DNA from: Octopus sinensis
Lineage: Eukaryota
DNA: 64,000 bases
Direction of reading: 5' to 3'
Assembly (NCBI RefSeq): GCF_006345805.1
Contig: NC_043006.1
Span: 46,252,001 to 46,316,000, forward strand
Program-made: the position numbers and the translations under genes
Shown here: positions 41,494 through 54,312 of the stretch, piece after piece
Layout: every line of letters begins with the position of its first letter
Numbering within the stretch: the first letter of the stretch is position 1
The notes under the pieces: model-generated
Databases searched by the model: none
What the model was told of the DNA's origin: nothing
What the model saw: the letters and a program-made list of their open reading frames with translations, nothing else

Positions 41494-41735
41494 GGCGTGA
41501 CTGTGTTAAGAAGCTTTCTTTCCAACCGCACACGTTTCTGGGTTCAATCCCACTGCATAGCACCTTGGGCAGTTGTCTTTTACTCTAGCTTCGGACCGAC
41601 CAAAGCATTGTGAATGGATTTGTCAGACGGAAACTGAAAAAAGTCCGTCGTATATGTACACACACACACACACACACACACATGTATGTATGGATTTATG
41701 TGTGTGTATCTTTGTGTATGCGTTTATCCCCCCAT
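41494..41735 (+). mobile_element. SINE B 5' half
   Basis: Head and CORE-like domain. Confidence 0.8.
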
Positions 41736-41976
41736 TACCATCGTTTTTATATTAGTAGTATTGCATAAGTGTACATAGGTGTATGCATCTATTCATTTTT
41801 CGTTTGTATTGGATTGTATGAGTTTGTGTTTCTGTCGTTCCACGCGACCTTTCGCTATCGTGAATTAGCGTGATACTTGCGTGAAGCAATATGGACTGAT
41901 ATTTTAATTTTACATCATCTCTTCGTATTCCTTCGGTAAAATATCCAGTCGATGAGGCCTTGATCCGCGCATTTTT

Positions 41977-42660
41977 GTGGATTACAGTAGTCAGAAAACG
42001 GACAGTGTAAAGAGAGGGATTGCTCAGTGCCTAAAACATCGTGCAAAGAATATAAGTAGCGGTCGTGATATACACCACGAAGAAATGATCAGGCTCAATA
42101 ACGATCTGTTAAGCAACAACTACCCCAAAACTATACGATCCACTCCAATTATGAAGAAGAGAGAGGATGAAGCCAATGAAATGTTCACAGTCTGTCTATC
42201 CTATGTGAATGGTCTCTCCGAAAAGATACAAAAGATATGCGGCCCATATGACATCAAGACAGTACTCAAGAGTAATACAACACTTCGCAAATATCTCCTT
42301 CGAGTAAAACCACCAATAGAAGAGAATATGACCAAAGACTGCGTGTACTCCATCCCCTGCAGCTGTGGTAGGTTATACAAAGGCAAAACATGCCGCCCCC
42401 TCAAAATAAGAGTAGAAGAACATCTCAAAAGAGATATTCATAAATTGGGTATAGCTGATCATGTATGGAAAAATTGGCGACCACTTCCCCCTCTGGGATG
42501 AAGTTAAAATAATAGACAAAGAACACCACTGGAAAATACGAAAACTAAAGAAGTAGCACATATGCTAGGACACAACAACCTTCTAAGCAGACCGAATGCA
42601 TATATGAGCAGCATATGGGAACTGGTATTAAGGAAGGATAGGAGAATATTAGATTTATAA
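41977..42660 (+). mobile_element. Penelope-like element 3' fragment (RT thumb + GIY-YIG endonuclease), frameshifted
   Basis: ORF contains ...CLSYVNGLSEKIQKI...CVYSIPCSCGRLYKGKTCRPLKIRVEEH...IADHVW. It continues after a frameshift as WDEVKIIDKEHHWKIRKLKE. Confidence 0.85.
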
Positions 42661-42689
42661 GTCCTAAAATTCACTCTGTCATTGCCCAC

Positions 42690-42926
42690 GGTCATATGGC
42701 ATAGTGGTTATGAGCGCGGGCCACTAGCCCCGAGATTCGAGGCTCGATTCCATGCAGTGACCTGAATAATAATAATAATAACATCGAAAAATACCTTAGG
42801 TATGAGAACTCAGGTTCGAAATTTCCCCCTGATGAAGGCTGGAGGGTATATGTGCTAACAACAAACAAGATGAGGACAAATATCCATCTAATGTACATAA
42901 TTCCTTATTTCTTAAATATAGAACTG
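42690..42926 (+). mobile_element. tRNA-headed element carrying a deleted H1 hammerhead
   Basis: GGTCA...TGACC acceptor-stem-like ends, A box TGGCATAGTGG (42697-42707), B box GGCTCGATTCC (42741-42751) and (AAT)n. The body is homologous to 22812-22929(-), with CTGATGAAGGCTG at 42829. Confidence 0.65.
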
Positions 42927-43019
42927 TACTTTATTTTATTCATTTGTATTTCATAATGCTGGTATAGTGAATGAAAGCCCCAACACTGCCATGCCTGTTG
43001 TATTCTTTTTTCACTAAGA

Positions 43020-43988
43020 CTTGGCAACCTGACACAATATGGTTAACTGTTCGTTGCCCACCATGATATCCTATATATTCTTAATGAAGTCTGATCGGTA
43101 GAATTTGATCCTATGATACGTTCGACAAAATTTCAGTCTCCCCTTTAACGTCTGTATCTTCTCAGCCAACTTGGCAACCTTTCTGCTGACACTCTGCTTT
43201 GTCTGTTGAGATATTGTATATATTACGGCTTCTATTGCCATCGCGTTACCATTCATAATGTAACCTCATTTTTAGCTTACTATTTTAGTATTTTCATAAT
43301 TTCTGTTGCTGGTTCCACTTTTTGCCTGTGATTTCACCTATTGGTTTGTATTTGTTGGTTCCTTCATGACAGGAAACAGATTTTTTTCTATTTGCTTTGC
43401 TCGTGTTTTGTAGCTTTTCCCATTAGATTTGTATTGATCTGCCGTGGATATTTGTTCGGTTCTATAAAACGACAACACCCAGGAATTAATAGTAAATATA
43501 ATTTCTGTGCCAGATTTTGCGTATTCGAGTTCAGGTCTATACTTTTATGTTTAGTCTCGCTAGTTCATATAGTGTTCATTTGAGAATAGTATGACTATAA
43601 ATTATTTCTGAAGCAGCTAGAGTATTGATGCATATTACCTTATTTTCTGCATTTAGCTCTGTTTGAAGTATTAATTCAGTTGGTCTGTAATATTCTGTTC
43701 TAATTTTTCTTTCATTTGTATGTATTGTACTTTGTCTAGTTCATTGATCGTTAAGTGTTTGTCTTTGTTCGCCGTAGTTCATCCAGCAGGATATTAGTGC
43801 TCTGAATTGATTTTCCTTTCTTATCATGTAGCATTTTTCTCTTCCGAATCTCATATATTCTTTTAGGTAGCCCACCTGTTGCATGAAACGGTTTTTGTAG
43901 CTGTTTATCAACTGCATGAGTAACATATGGTTGTCCATAAGAAAAGGATAGTTGATTGTCCTGCTACAGCTCTTGAATCTGGGAGCAA
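43020..43988 (-). mobile_element. R4/Dong-clade LINE RT fragment, decayed
   Basis: MRFGREKC; KIRTEYYRPTELILQTELNAENKVICINTLA...LARLNIK. Confidence 0.65.
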
Positions 43989-43989
43989 T

Positions 43990-44207
43990 TCTTATTTCTT
44001 TATTGCCCACAAGGGGCTAAACATAGAGGGGACGAACAAGGACAGACAAAGGGATTAAATCGATTACATCGTCCCCAGTGCGTAACTGGTACTTAATTTA
44101 TAGACCCCGAAATGATGAAAGACTAAGTCGACCTCGGCGGAATTTGAACTCAGAACGTAGCTAAGAATTTCTTCCGATGTGCAAATGTTTCTGCCAGCTC
44201 GCCGCCT
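43990..44207 (-). mobile_element. SINE A
   Basis: Head, central domain and linker sequence present. Confidence 0.8.
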
Positions 44208-44391
44208 TGAGCAGTTCTGTTTAGGAATTTGTTTGAAGGCATTAACACGAAGCAGAGAAGGAGTGCAGAGAGGAAATCCCGTTAAAATCTTCTTCTGAGG
44301 CAATTGGAATTAAATTATATTATTCCTTACTCGAAAGTATCTGAAAAATTGTTCCCTGTTTGTTCGTGCATTATGGACATGAAGCTATTAA

Positions 44392-44467
<76 letters not shown>

Positions 44468-44854
44468 AGAAAGGGTATGTAACAGGAAATAATACATTTT
44501 ATTGTTTTGGTGTGTTATTGTCCTATGTTTGGTTTGAAATAATGAAAATGAAGGACCCGTGAAGCACGATGCAGTTTAAAGTGCTTTTATAAGAACTAGT
44601 AAATGATGGTGTGTATAGAAAGTTAATGACTTGGTGTTAAGAAAATATCAATGTGTATGAATGTTATAGTGAGTTGCAGAGCAAGGGTTAACTGCATAAA
44701 TGTAAACAAAGAGATAAATGAGAGAGTTGGAGTGTTTCATAATTAAATTTAATGAGGGAAGCAAAAAGAGTTTGATTGCGTTTCTAAATAACTACCGACT
44801 GATTCGTCACGTGGTGGTATAATATTCTCTGCTTTAATATACATTTAATATAAA

Positions 44855-45582
44855 GGCGGTGAGCTAGCAGAAACGGTGGCATGCCGGGCGAAACGCTAAG
44901 CGGTATTTTGTCTGCTGTTACGTTGTGAGTTCAAATTCCGCCGAGGTCGACTTTGCCTTTCATCCTTTCGGGGTCGATAAATTAAGTACCAGTTACGCAC
45001 TGGGGTCGATGTAATCGACTTAATACCTATGTCTGTCCTTGTTTGTCCCCTCTATGTTTAGCCCCTTGTGGGTAATAAAGAAAGTTCAAATTCCGCCGAG
45101 GTCGACTTTGCCTTTCATCCTTTCGGGGTCGATAAATTAAGTACCAGTTTCGCACTGGGGTCGATGTAATCGACTTGATCCGTTTGTCTGTCCTTGTTTG
45201 TCCCCTCTGTGTTTAGCCCCTTGTGGGTAGTAAAGAAATAGGTATTTTGTCTGTCTTTACGTTCTGAGTTCAAATTCCGCCAGGGTCGACTCTGCCTTTC
45301 ATCCTTTCGGGGTCGATAAATTAAGGACCAGTTACACACTGGGTCTGATGTAATCGACTTAATCCGTTTGTCTGTCCTTGTTTGTCCTCTCTGTGTTTAG
45401 CCCCTTGTGGGTAATAAAGAAATACGTGTTTCGTCTACCGCTACGTTCTGAATTTCGCCGTGGTCGAATTTGCCTTTCATCCATTCGCTGTCTATAAATT
45501 AAATACCAGTTGCACACTGGGGTCGATCTAATCGACTGGTTCCGCCTCTAAAATTTCGGATCTTGTGCCTAGATTAGAAAAC
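44855..45582 (+). mobile_element. SINE A, 4-unit concatemer
   Basis: Four catcctttcgggg-type units behind one head. Confidence 0.85.
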
Positions 45583-45813
45583 AATGTACATTATATATAC
45601 ATTTTGAGCACTGACGAAAATCAAAACAACAGGCTTTTACAGAGATGACAAGGTGGCTACATTCGTGCATGCCAGTGGACATTAACATCTTTAATATTTT
45701 CGGTCTAAAAATAATTTTGATAATATAAATAAGTATTTTAAACTTTAAAATTTACCTTAAATTCACCATTGGAAAATAAAAACCATATTGAAAATAATGA
45801 AAATCTTACATAT

Positions 45814-45868
45814 ATGGCGGTGCCCCAGCATGGCCACAGCTCGTGAGCTGAAACTAGAATCAATCATA
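45814..45868 (+). mobile_element. Tail-only copy of the same LINE 3' end
   Basis: ggcggtgccccagcatggccacagctcgtgagctgaaactagaatcaatca. Confidence 0.55.
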
Positions 45869-46063
45869 TGAAACCAGATAAGGTTTTTCAAAGTAAATTT
45901 TAAAATAATGGCGAAACATTTCTCGCCTACAATCAAAAATTGAAATCTGCAACGCTGTGGCTCCGTATCGAAAATCGAAATCTGCAATATTAGATGTTGG
46001 CAGTTTCAAGGATAATAAGGACATCTATTTAAGGGTAAAAGGAACATCGTAATATCATCTATT

Positions 46064-46290
46064 CTTTTATTCTTTCACTTGTTTGAATCATTTTGACTGT
46101 GGCCATGCTGGAGCACCAGCTCTTATTCGAAGAAAGCGACCCCTGGATTTATTCTTTGTACGCCTGGTACTTATTCTATCGGTCTCTTTTGCCGAAATAC
46201 TAAGTTACGGGGGCGTAAACATACTAACATAGGTTGTCAAGCGATGGTGGTGGTGGTGATGGGGAGACAAACAGGCACATGCACACAAAT
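46064..46290 (-). mobile_element. SINE B 3' half
   Basis: Tail modules only. Confidence 0.8.
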
Positions 46291-46424
46291 ATATGCATAC
46301 ATACACACACATATATATATATTTATGTTGTATAAAAGATCGTGGGTAAGGCCAAAACAATGCGAAGTAAACGCAAGGTAAACCACAAGAAAACAAGTAT
46401 GTGAATTAATGTAGACTTACCTTG

Positions 46425-46690
46425 TATTCAATATTTCGAGGTTATGACCCCATTTTCAAGAAATTGACGAATGTTGCCGATGTGCGTGTCTGTTAGCGTA
46501 TGTGGAGTGGACATGCGCAGAAGGGTGTTGCTATAGCAACCAGCTAGCTTCCTGTAACTCCCTTCTATTTTTGATTTTGGGTTTCTTTCGGTGTATGAAG
46601 ATGGCCTCAGAGATTCTAAGGTTGCCTCTGTTCCGCTGTGTTGCCTTGATATACGAGTGACTTCTTTCAGTTTCCATCACAAATCCACTA
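46425..46690. repeat. Copy 1 of a ~265-bp direct repeat
   Basis: Closely matches 47752-48017 by eye. Confidence 0.9.
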
Positions 46691-46812
46691 ACAAAGCTTT
46701 AGTCGACCCGAGGCTATAGTAGAAGGTACCTGCCCAAGTTGCCGTGCAGTGGGACTGAACCCGGAATTACGTGGTTGGGAAGCAAGCTGCTTGCCACCCA
46801 GCCACGCCTTCA
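46655..46812 (-). mobile_element. SINE B 5' half
   Basis: Head and CORE-like domain. Confidence 0.8.
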
Positions 46813-46939
46813 CAATACACTTCTTAAACCTTACGAATAGTATTGTTAAATGCCACCTTGCCATGGTAAAATTTGTCCTATGAATCTCGTACACAGATCA
46901 ACATTCAATAGAAAAAATATTGGTTCCATATTTTGGCAT

Positions 46940-47135
46940 AAGACCAACAATTTTGGGAGGAATAAGTCGATTACATCAGCACCAGTGCTTAACTCCTACT
47001 TATTTTATCGACACCGAAATGATGAAAGGTAAAGTCAGCTTCGGCGGAATTTGAACTCAGAATATAAACATGGCCGAAATACCGCAAAATGTTTTGTCCG
47101 ACGCGGTAACGATTCTGCGAGCAGGTTGCCTTATT
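46940..47135 (-). mobile_element. SINE A, degraded
   Basis: gatgaaaggtaaagtcagcttcggcggaatttgaactcag on the + strand. Confidence 0.7.
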
Positions 47136-47751
47136 TAGGTGAAATTATAATGGGTTGAGCTATTACCTTATATGACTATAATTCCGGTGTTCGACGTATT
47201 AGTCCCAGGTTCCTTCATTTGGCATAGAATCGCTTTTGTTCTATCGCCCATTCAGTAAGTAACAGAAGCTGACGACTGAGAGCCTTAGACGAACGCTTTA
47301 GACCGCTCCATGTCATTATTTTTTTGTTCTTTTCTTATTATGCCGAACGACCCCACGACTTCCTGCGAGTTCTACATTTTACTCATTGCCGCAGGGCTGA
47401 TTGCTGTAGAGAGGCTGCTAGGAAACCTTTTAGGTTCTCTGTGCCCGAAATGATCGGCTCCTGATGTATAAACAAAGAGTATGACTCATTGCCATTTGTC
47501 TTTGCTTTCATTATCCTTAAAGCTGCGTCGCCTTCGTAGCAATGGGTCATTGATGTCGAGGCTATGAAAGCAATGACAGAAATAAAATCAATCTGTTGTT
47601 GTTTTCTCACCCCCGTTGCCGCTTACCAGAGTCTCTTGTTTTGCTTTTTAATCTATTCTACGCAGATATCTCTCTCGCAACTTTCACTGTATCTCTTGTA
47701 ACAACTTGAGTTATTGCCCTGCGCTTTCAATTTGATTCACCTCCTCTTTGT

Positions 47752-48017
47752 AACAATATTTCGGGCTTATTACCCCATTCTCAAGAAATTGACGAATGTT
47801 GCCGATATGCGTGTCTGTGAGCGTGTGTGGGGTGGACATGCGCAGAAGGGTGTTGCTATAGCAACCAGCTAGCTTCCTGTAACTCCCTTCTATTCTTGAT
47901 CTTGGGTTTCTTTCGGTGGATGAGGATGGCCTCAGAGATTCTAAGGATGTCTCTGTTCCGCTGTGTTGCCTTGATATACGAGTGACTGCTTTCAGTTTCC
48001 ATCTACCAAATCCACTC
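47752..48017. repeat. Copy 2 of the ~265-bp direct repeat
   Basis: Closely matches 46425-46690. Confidence 0.9.
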
Positions 48018-48325
48018 ATATATATATTTTTTGGATAGCTATGTAGTCTTCGAGACCGTCGGGTAACATGTTATTCCTGATTACAGTCTAGCTGTATCGA
48101 AACCTGACCTCGGACCCAGGCTCTGCACTGTCTCCAATATTTTAAATTACTCCTGCCTGCTTATTTATCTCGTGCTCAGGTCTAAATAACACGCACTCAC
48201 TTCCAAATATGTTGCATCAGTCGAGACGCAACACATCACCTACTATCACAGTAATTCTTCTTTCAAGGGTAAATACATAACAGCCCGTTTCTTTATTGGC
48301 TTAGCAGATATACACCAATATCACT

Positions 48326-48667
48326 CTTTTCTCTTTTACTTGTTTCAGTCATTTGACTGCGGCCATCCTAGAGCACAGCCTTTAGTCGAGCAAATCGACA
48401 CCAGGACTTATTCTTTGTAAGCCTGGTACTTATTTTGTCGGTCTCTGTTCCCGAATGGCTAAGTTACGGTGATGTAAACAGACTAGCATCGCTTGTCAAA
48501 CGATGTTGGGAGGACAAACACAGACACACAAACATATACACACACATACATATATATATATGCACATATATACGACGTGCTTCTTTCAGTTTCCGTCTAC
48601 AAAATCCACTCACAAGGCTTCGGTCGGCCCAAGGCTATAGTAGAAAACACTTGCCCAAGGTGCCACA
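48326..48667 (-). mobile_element. SINE B, head-truncated
   Basis: Tail and centre present; breaks inside the head. Confidence 0.85.
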
Positions 48668-48673
48668 GTAACT

Positions 48674-48701
48674 GGAAGAAGCCCGTCGTATATGTGTGCA
48701 T

Positions 48702-48769
<68 letters not shown>

Positions 48770-49184
48770 AATTAAGGACTGAACACGAAAAGGTGGACAG
48801 TCAACATGCTAGATATAGACGTCAAATCGCCATTCTCCACAAGGATTATGTTCTCAAATAAAAATAAAATTCAGCACTACCTAAAGCAATGGATGAGACA
48901 AAAGAAATATACTTAAATGGAATAATTTAATGGAATAATTATTCCATTAAGTATATTTCTTTTGTCTCATCCATTGCTTTAGGTAGTGCTGAATTTTATT
49001 TTTATTTGAGAACATAATCCTTGTGGAGAATGGCGATTTGACGTCTATATCTAGCATGTTGACTGTCCACCTTTTCGTGTTCAGTCCTTAATTGGTATAT
49101 ATAAATATTTTAATGTTCGGATTCTTTTTAATGTGCTAGACCACTGGTTTTAATTGACTAATATCAATTTCTACCCTTAATTTT

Positions 49185-49225
<41 letters not shown>

Positions 49226-49425
49226 ATATGTTTGTGTGTCTGTGTTGACCCCCCCAACAATGCTTGACAACCGATGCTGGTGAGTTTACTTCCCCGTAAC
49301 TTAGCGGTTTGGCAAAAGAGCCTGAAAGAATAAGTTCTGTGGTCGGCTTGCTCGACTAAAGGCGGTGCTCTAGCATGGCCACAGTCAAATGACTGAAACA
49401 ATTAAAAGAGTAAAAGAGTAAAAGA
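48674..49425 (+). mobile_element. SINE B, head-less, split by insertions in its (TA)n
   Basis: gaagaagcccgtcgtata at 48676; 3' half at ~49220-49425. Confidence 0.75.
48768..49095. repeat. Palindrome with identical 157-bp arms and no loop, inside (TA)n
   Basis: Arms compared base by base are identical except for a 14-nt duplication at 48915-48928. Centre at 48938/48939. Confidence 0.95.
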
Positions 49426-50108
49426 ATGGATTTTCCGTCAACTTTCCCGATAAACTTTCATTTATTCAGCGAAAGATTGACCTACTCTTTTAATTAACGT
49501 TTAAAACGATGAGTAATTCACATATATCTGTATTCTTAAAATCTTCAAATGAATTGTCAGGCCCAGTTCTGTGAGTAAGCTGGACATTAATATTACCGGT
49601 ACAATCCATTGGAGGTACTTTCATACGGTACCTGTTCCATTAAATTTCCCACGCAAGATTGGAAATTGACGTGAGCTAAAGGTGCCACAAATTGGGATGG
49701 ATCTCAGCACCCCATAGTATCTATAGGAACTTCTTAAACATTTAGCTATGCTCATTGGAGTCCTCTGGAATGTATAACACTATTGAAATCTCTAAGGACA
49801 AGCCATTTACCACGTAAGGAAATGGGGTGGAACGTTAAATATTCCGAGAGCCTTTTGTTAGAATTTCAATGAAAAGCAGGAACGACAAAAGACTAAAAAA
49901 AAAAAGAGAAGAAAAGAAAAAAGGAAAATTCATTAGATAATTCGGTTAAAAATTATTATTATTTTTTTTTACGAGAACTTTGAGATGGAGGTTCGTTCTC
50001 TCGAAATTCAATAAATATAAAAAAAAAATAAAGCAATAATAATAATAATATATAATAATAATAATAATAATGATGATGATGATGATGATGATGATGATAA
50101 TAATAATG

Positions 50109-50156
<48 letters not shown>

Positions 50157-50510
50157 TTAATAATAATAATAATAATAATAATAGTAATAATAATAATAAT
50201 AATAATGTGTCGTTGTTGTTGTTGTGCTATTCATCATCATCATTTTATAACAGGGTGCTTTTGTGCGAATTTCTATGCTGCCATAAGTAGACTATCGGAT
50301 ATAATGCTACATTACAATAAAGAGCGTCTCTACCTGTGGACGCAATCGGGTATTGCTGTATTTTGGCAGACAGAGAACCTTTGTACTTCATTAAACAAAT
50401 AGAAACAAGAATAATCAATATAAGTCCGACATTTCGTTCTTTCATGAACCGAAGTTGAAGGCAGAAAGAGAAAGAACGAAAGAGAGAGATAGAGAGAGAG
50501 AGCGAAAGAA

Positions 50511-50562
<52 letters not shown>

Positions 50563-50825
50563 AGAGAGAGAGAAAGACAGGTAGAGGGTGTTCATATGGT
50601 CTTTGTTGTTACAGTTATTAATTTTCTTTTTGTATTTTATTGCTTTTTGTTTTCGGTTACGAAATTCCTTTATCATATTGTGTTATGGTCGTATTCGGTT
50701 TTATAAATTCTTTGTAATTTCATTTCATGTTTATAGTTTCCCTATCATATTCTAGCAATAAGTGTTTACGTTGAGACTAACTATTAATATGATTGTTTTT
50801 CCCTTTGTTCTTCATATTATTATTA

Positions 50826-50874
<49 letters not shown>

Positions 50875-51270
50875 CATTATTATTATTATTATTATTATTC
50901 GGTTGTCATTTTATCAATGCCTCTTTCTGTGCACTGCCAAGAGTGTCTCTCGGGACTTGGGTATGTGCAGTGTTTCGGTTCGATTTTGTATTTTCTATTG
51001 AATTCACTCAACTCTACAAAATATGTGTGCGGTGCCTACTGGTGCTAATTTTTGTATATTGTGTAAGGTATCTAGCAGCATGCTTTTAATCTTTCAATCA
51101 TTCCCATGCTACTGTTATTACGAGGATTGTTTGTCCTTGCAGACCTCAAGCTCTGGTTTCTCTTTATTCCCAGGTAACATCGCTGATTATCATTATTGCC
51201 TCCTAAACGAATATCAGTAGCAACGGAGTGTAACGTATTTCACAAGGAAATGGAAAATTTAGTAAAATAT

Positions 51271-51918
<648 letters not shown>

Positions 51919-52018
51919 AGCGATGCATTTCCATTACATAAGACATAGGATTAATACTTTGGCTTGGAACAACGCCCGATTGTAGGATTCCTTCATAACA
52001 ATACCTATTTTAATTATA

Positions 52019-53271
52019 CAGGGTGCGGAGGGTATTTAAAGACTCGTGTATTTTTAGTCATTATTTTATTTGACTAATTTTTAAAGAACTTCTATTTCAG
52101 AAAATGACAATGATTAGCTCAATGTTTACTAATGAAATGAAAAGGCATGCTGTGATTGTGGCTTTGAAGGCTACGCATTGTGACTTAGAAATTTCTTGCT
52201 TTCTGAAAGCTGTTTGATTTTTTGCCCTCAAGATTCGGTGAGTTAGAGAAAGGAAATGGAAGCGTATTTTCTGTATAAAAATGTAAAACATTCCAAATGT
52301 TTTGATTCAGACAGGACACCTGGATTTGTTGAGAAAGTTAAGAAAAACGTTGAAGACAATCCAGGAAAAAACAATGAGGTCAACTGTACAAAACTTTCGA
52401 GGGCCAGAAAAAACAAAAATCGGAAATGTTGTGCATGAAGATATCAGATACAAATCTTTGATGACGAGAGGTCAATTCATGTCAGAAAAAAAAAAAAAAC
52501 ATAAGAAAACCGTTTAATCAGATCCAAAAGACTTTTGAACAATTTCAAAAATCCATCAGAAGATGGTATGATTTGGTTTTTCTCAAATAAGAAAAATCTT
52601 TGACAAGGACCAGAAAACTAACAGAAGAAATGACAGGTGGCTATGTGCAGAATTTTCTGAGGTTCCAAGTGTGATTTACACAACATTTCCTGCAAGTGTC
52701 ATGGTTGTAGGTGTTGTTGGCAATGAAGGACATGTGATGCCTCCTCACCTTTTTTCCGCAAGGCCTTAGGGTGAATGCTGCTACGTATATTGACATTCTG
52801 AATAAAGTTGTTAAGCCTTGGATCAACAGTGTATTCGATAGAAGACCTTGTGTCTTTCAATAAGGTTCTGCTCCATCACACAAGAATGGTGGCTGACAAT
52901 TTGCATGATCACATCACCCCAACATTTGACCGCCTAATTCCCCAGATATCAATCCACTGGACTAATATGCGTGGAGTACCATTGAGAAAAATGTCAATGA
53001 ACACCCCCAAAGCACCACAGATTCTTTGAAAGCCACTAGAGTTCAAGTCATGTCCGATACGAACAAGGACCGATTAATCCGAGCATTTAAACGATTTTGG
53101 CCCAGTGTGGAGGTAGTTATTGATATCTATGGTGGTTTCCTTGAATGAAATTATTAAACTGATAATTTAGCTTTATGTTTATGTTATTTTTATAGAAATA
53201 CATTTTTTCTCTTATTATCTTGGCATTTTAAAAAACCCATAAATCTCTCCTCAAATACAGTCCACACCCCG
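52019..53271 (+). mobile_element. Tc1/mariner superfamily transposon (maT/DD37D-like), full length but decayed
   Basis: TA-flanked imperfect TIRs (cagggtgcggagggtattt / aaatacagtccacaccccg). Transposase remnant reads NEGHVMPPH...KPWINSVFDRRPCVFQ*GSAPSH...PNSPDINPLD*YAW...GGFLE*. Confidence 0.85.
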
Positions 53272-53504
53272 TATTTTGCTTCCAGTCTATGGGGATTGCA
53301 ATATATCATAGTGTGCTCATTTAATCATTTTCCTTTGAGATCAGTATTTGTATTTTAATATTTTGATTTCACACCTTTCTGGCTGGTATTTCAAAATGTT
53401 GGTATACAACTAAGCATCTCAGTACTTTCCAGTGTAGATGCGTTTTTCTTGACTACGACTTGGCGAAATACTTGTTTCAAATTTTAGCATAATGCAAGCA
53501 ATAT

Positions 53505-53690
53505 TATTGTAGTAGAATGTGCCAGTCGATTTCATGGACCTCAGTGCTCAACTATTATTCATTTTATCGGTCTCGAAAGACTCAAAAGTAAAGTCAACCT
53601 CAGTGTCTTTAGAATCCAGAATGTAAAAAGCCAGGAAAAAGGCCGCTGAGCGTTTTGTCCGGCACAATAACAATTTTGCCAATATTCACA
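53505..53690 (-). mobile_element. SINE A, degraded
   Basis: aaagtaaagtcaacctcagtg on the + strand. Confidence 0.55.
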
Positions 53691-54199
53691 TATTCTACAG
53701 TTAGTTAATGGATTCGGCTTGATTACTAGCACGCATGGTTTAATATACCGCTTTCAGATATACTTCAATCATATTTTCGCCTCTTGTAGCTTTTAGACAG
53801 AGTGGTGATCTTTTCCTTGTACACTGTTCAGTTTTATCATGTATTAACCATGTTAATTTATTTCTTACCATCTTACTATAACAGCTCAATTTTGAGTATA
53901 ATTTCCAGGATTTTCAAGATTTCATTTGTTTCTTCATTTGATGGGTTTTCGTCATTAGTTCAGAACTCGACGGCTGCATTTAAGACAAGAAATACCTTTT
54001 AATATCTTCGTATTGTTTTTATATTAGACTTTTTGTTTTATTCTCACAGTCGGCTTTGAAGAAAGAAGTTTCTAAAGTTATATTCGAGATGTTTCCACAT
54101 ATTCAGTCTCATTTTCAAGAATTGATACATTGGATGTATGTATAATTTTTTTTTTTATAAATTGCTTAAATTAATGCAGACTTCATCACCAAAGAGAGG

Positions 54200-54312
54200 A
54201 AGAATACTTCGACCCCAGTGCTCAACTGGTACTTATTTTATCAATCCTGAAGAGATGAAAGGCAAAGTCGAATCCGGCGACATTTGAACTCAGAACGGAA
54301 AGACGGACGACC
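54200..54312 (-). mobile_element. SINE A fragment
   Basis: gatgaaaggcaaagtcgaatccggcgacatttgaactcagaac. Confidence 0.7.

Noticed and set aside
42690-42762. Functional tRNA gene
   Set aside because: B box and anticodon arm are imperfect and it is fused to a repeat body; treated as a SINE-type head.
51143-51173. 31-nt + strand segment with good acceptor and donor
   Set aside because: All three frames are open and uninformative; expected by chance in 64 kb.
54245-54270. CTGAAGA-GAT-GAAA inside a SINE A
   Set aside because: No stem II can form; it is a mutated SINE sequence.
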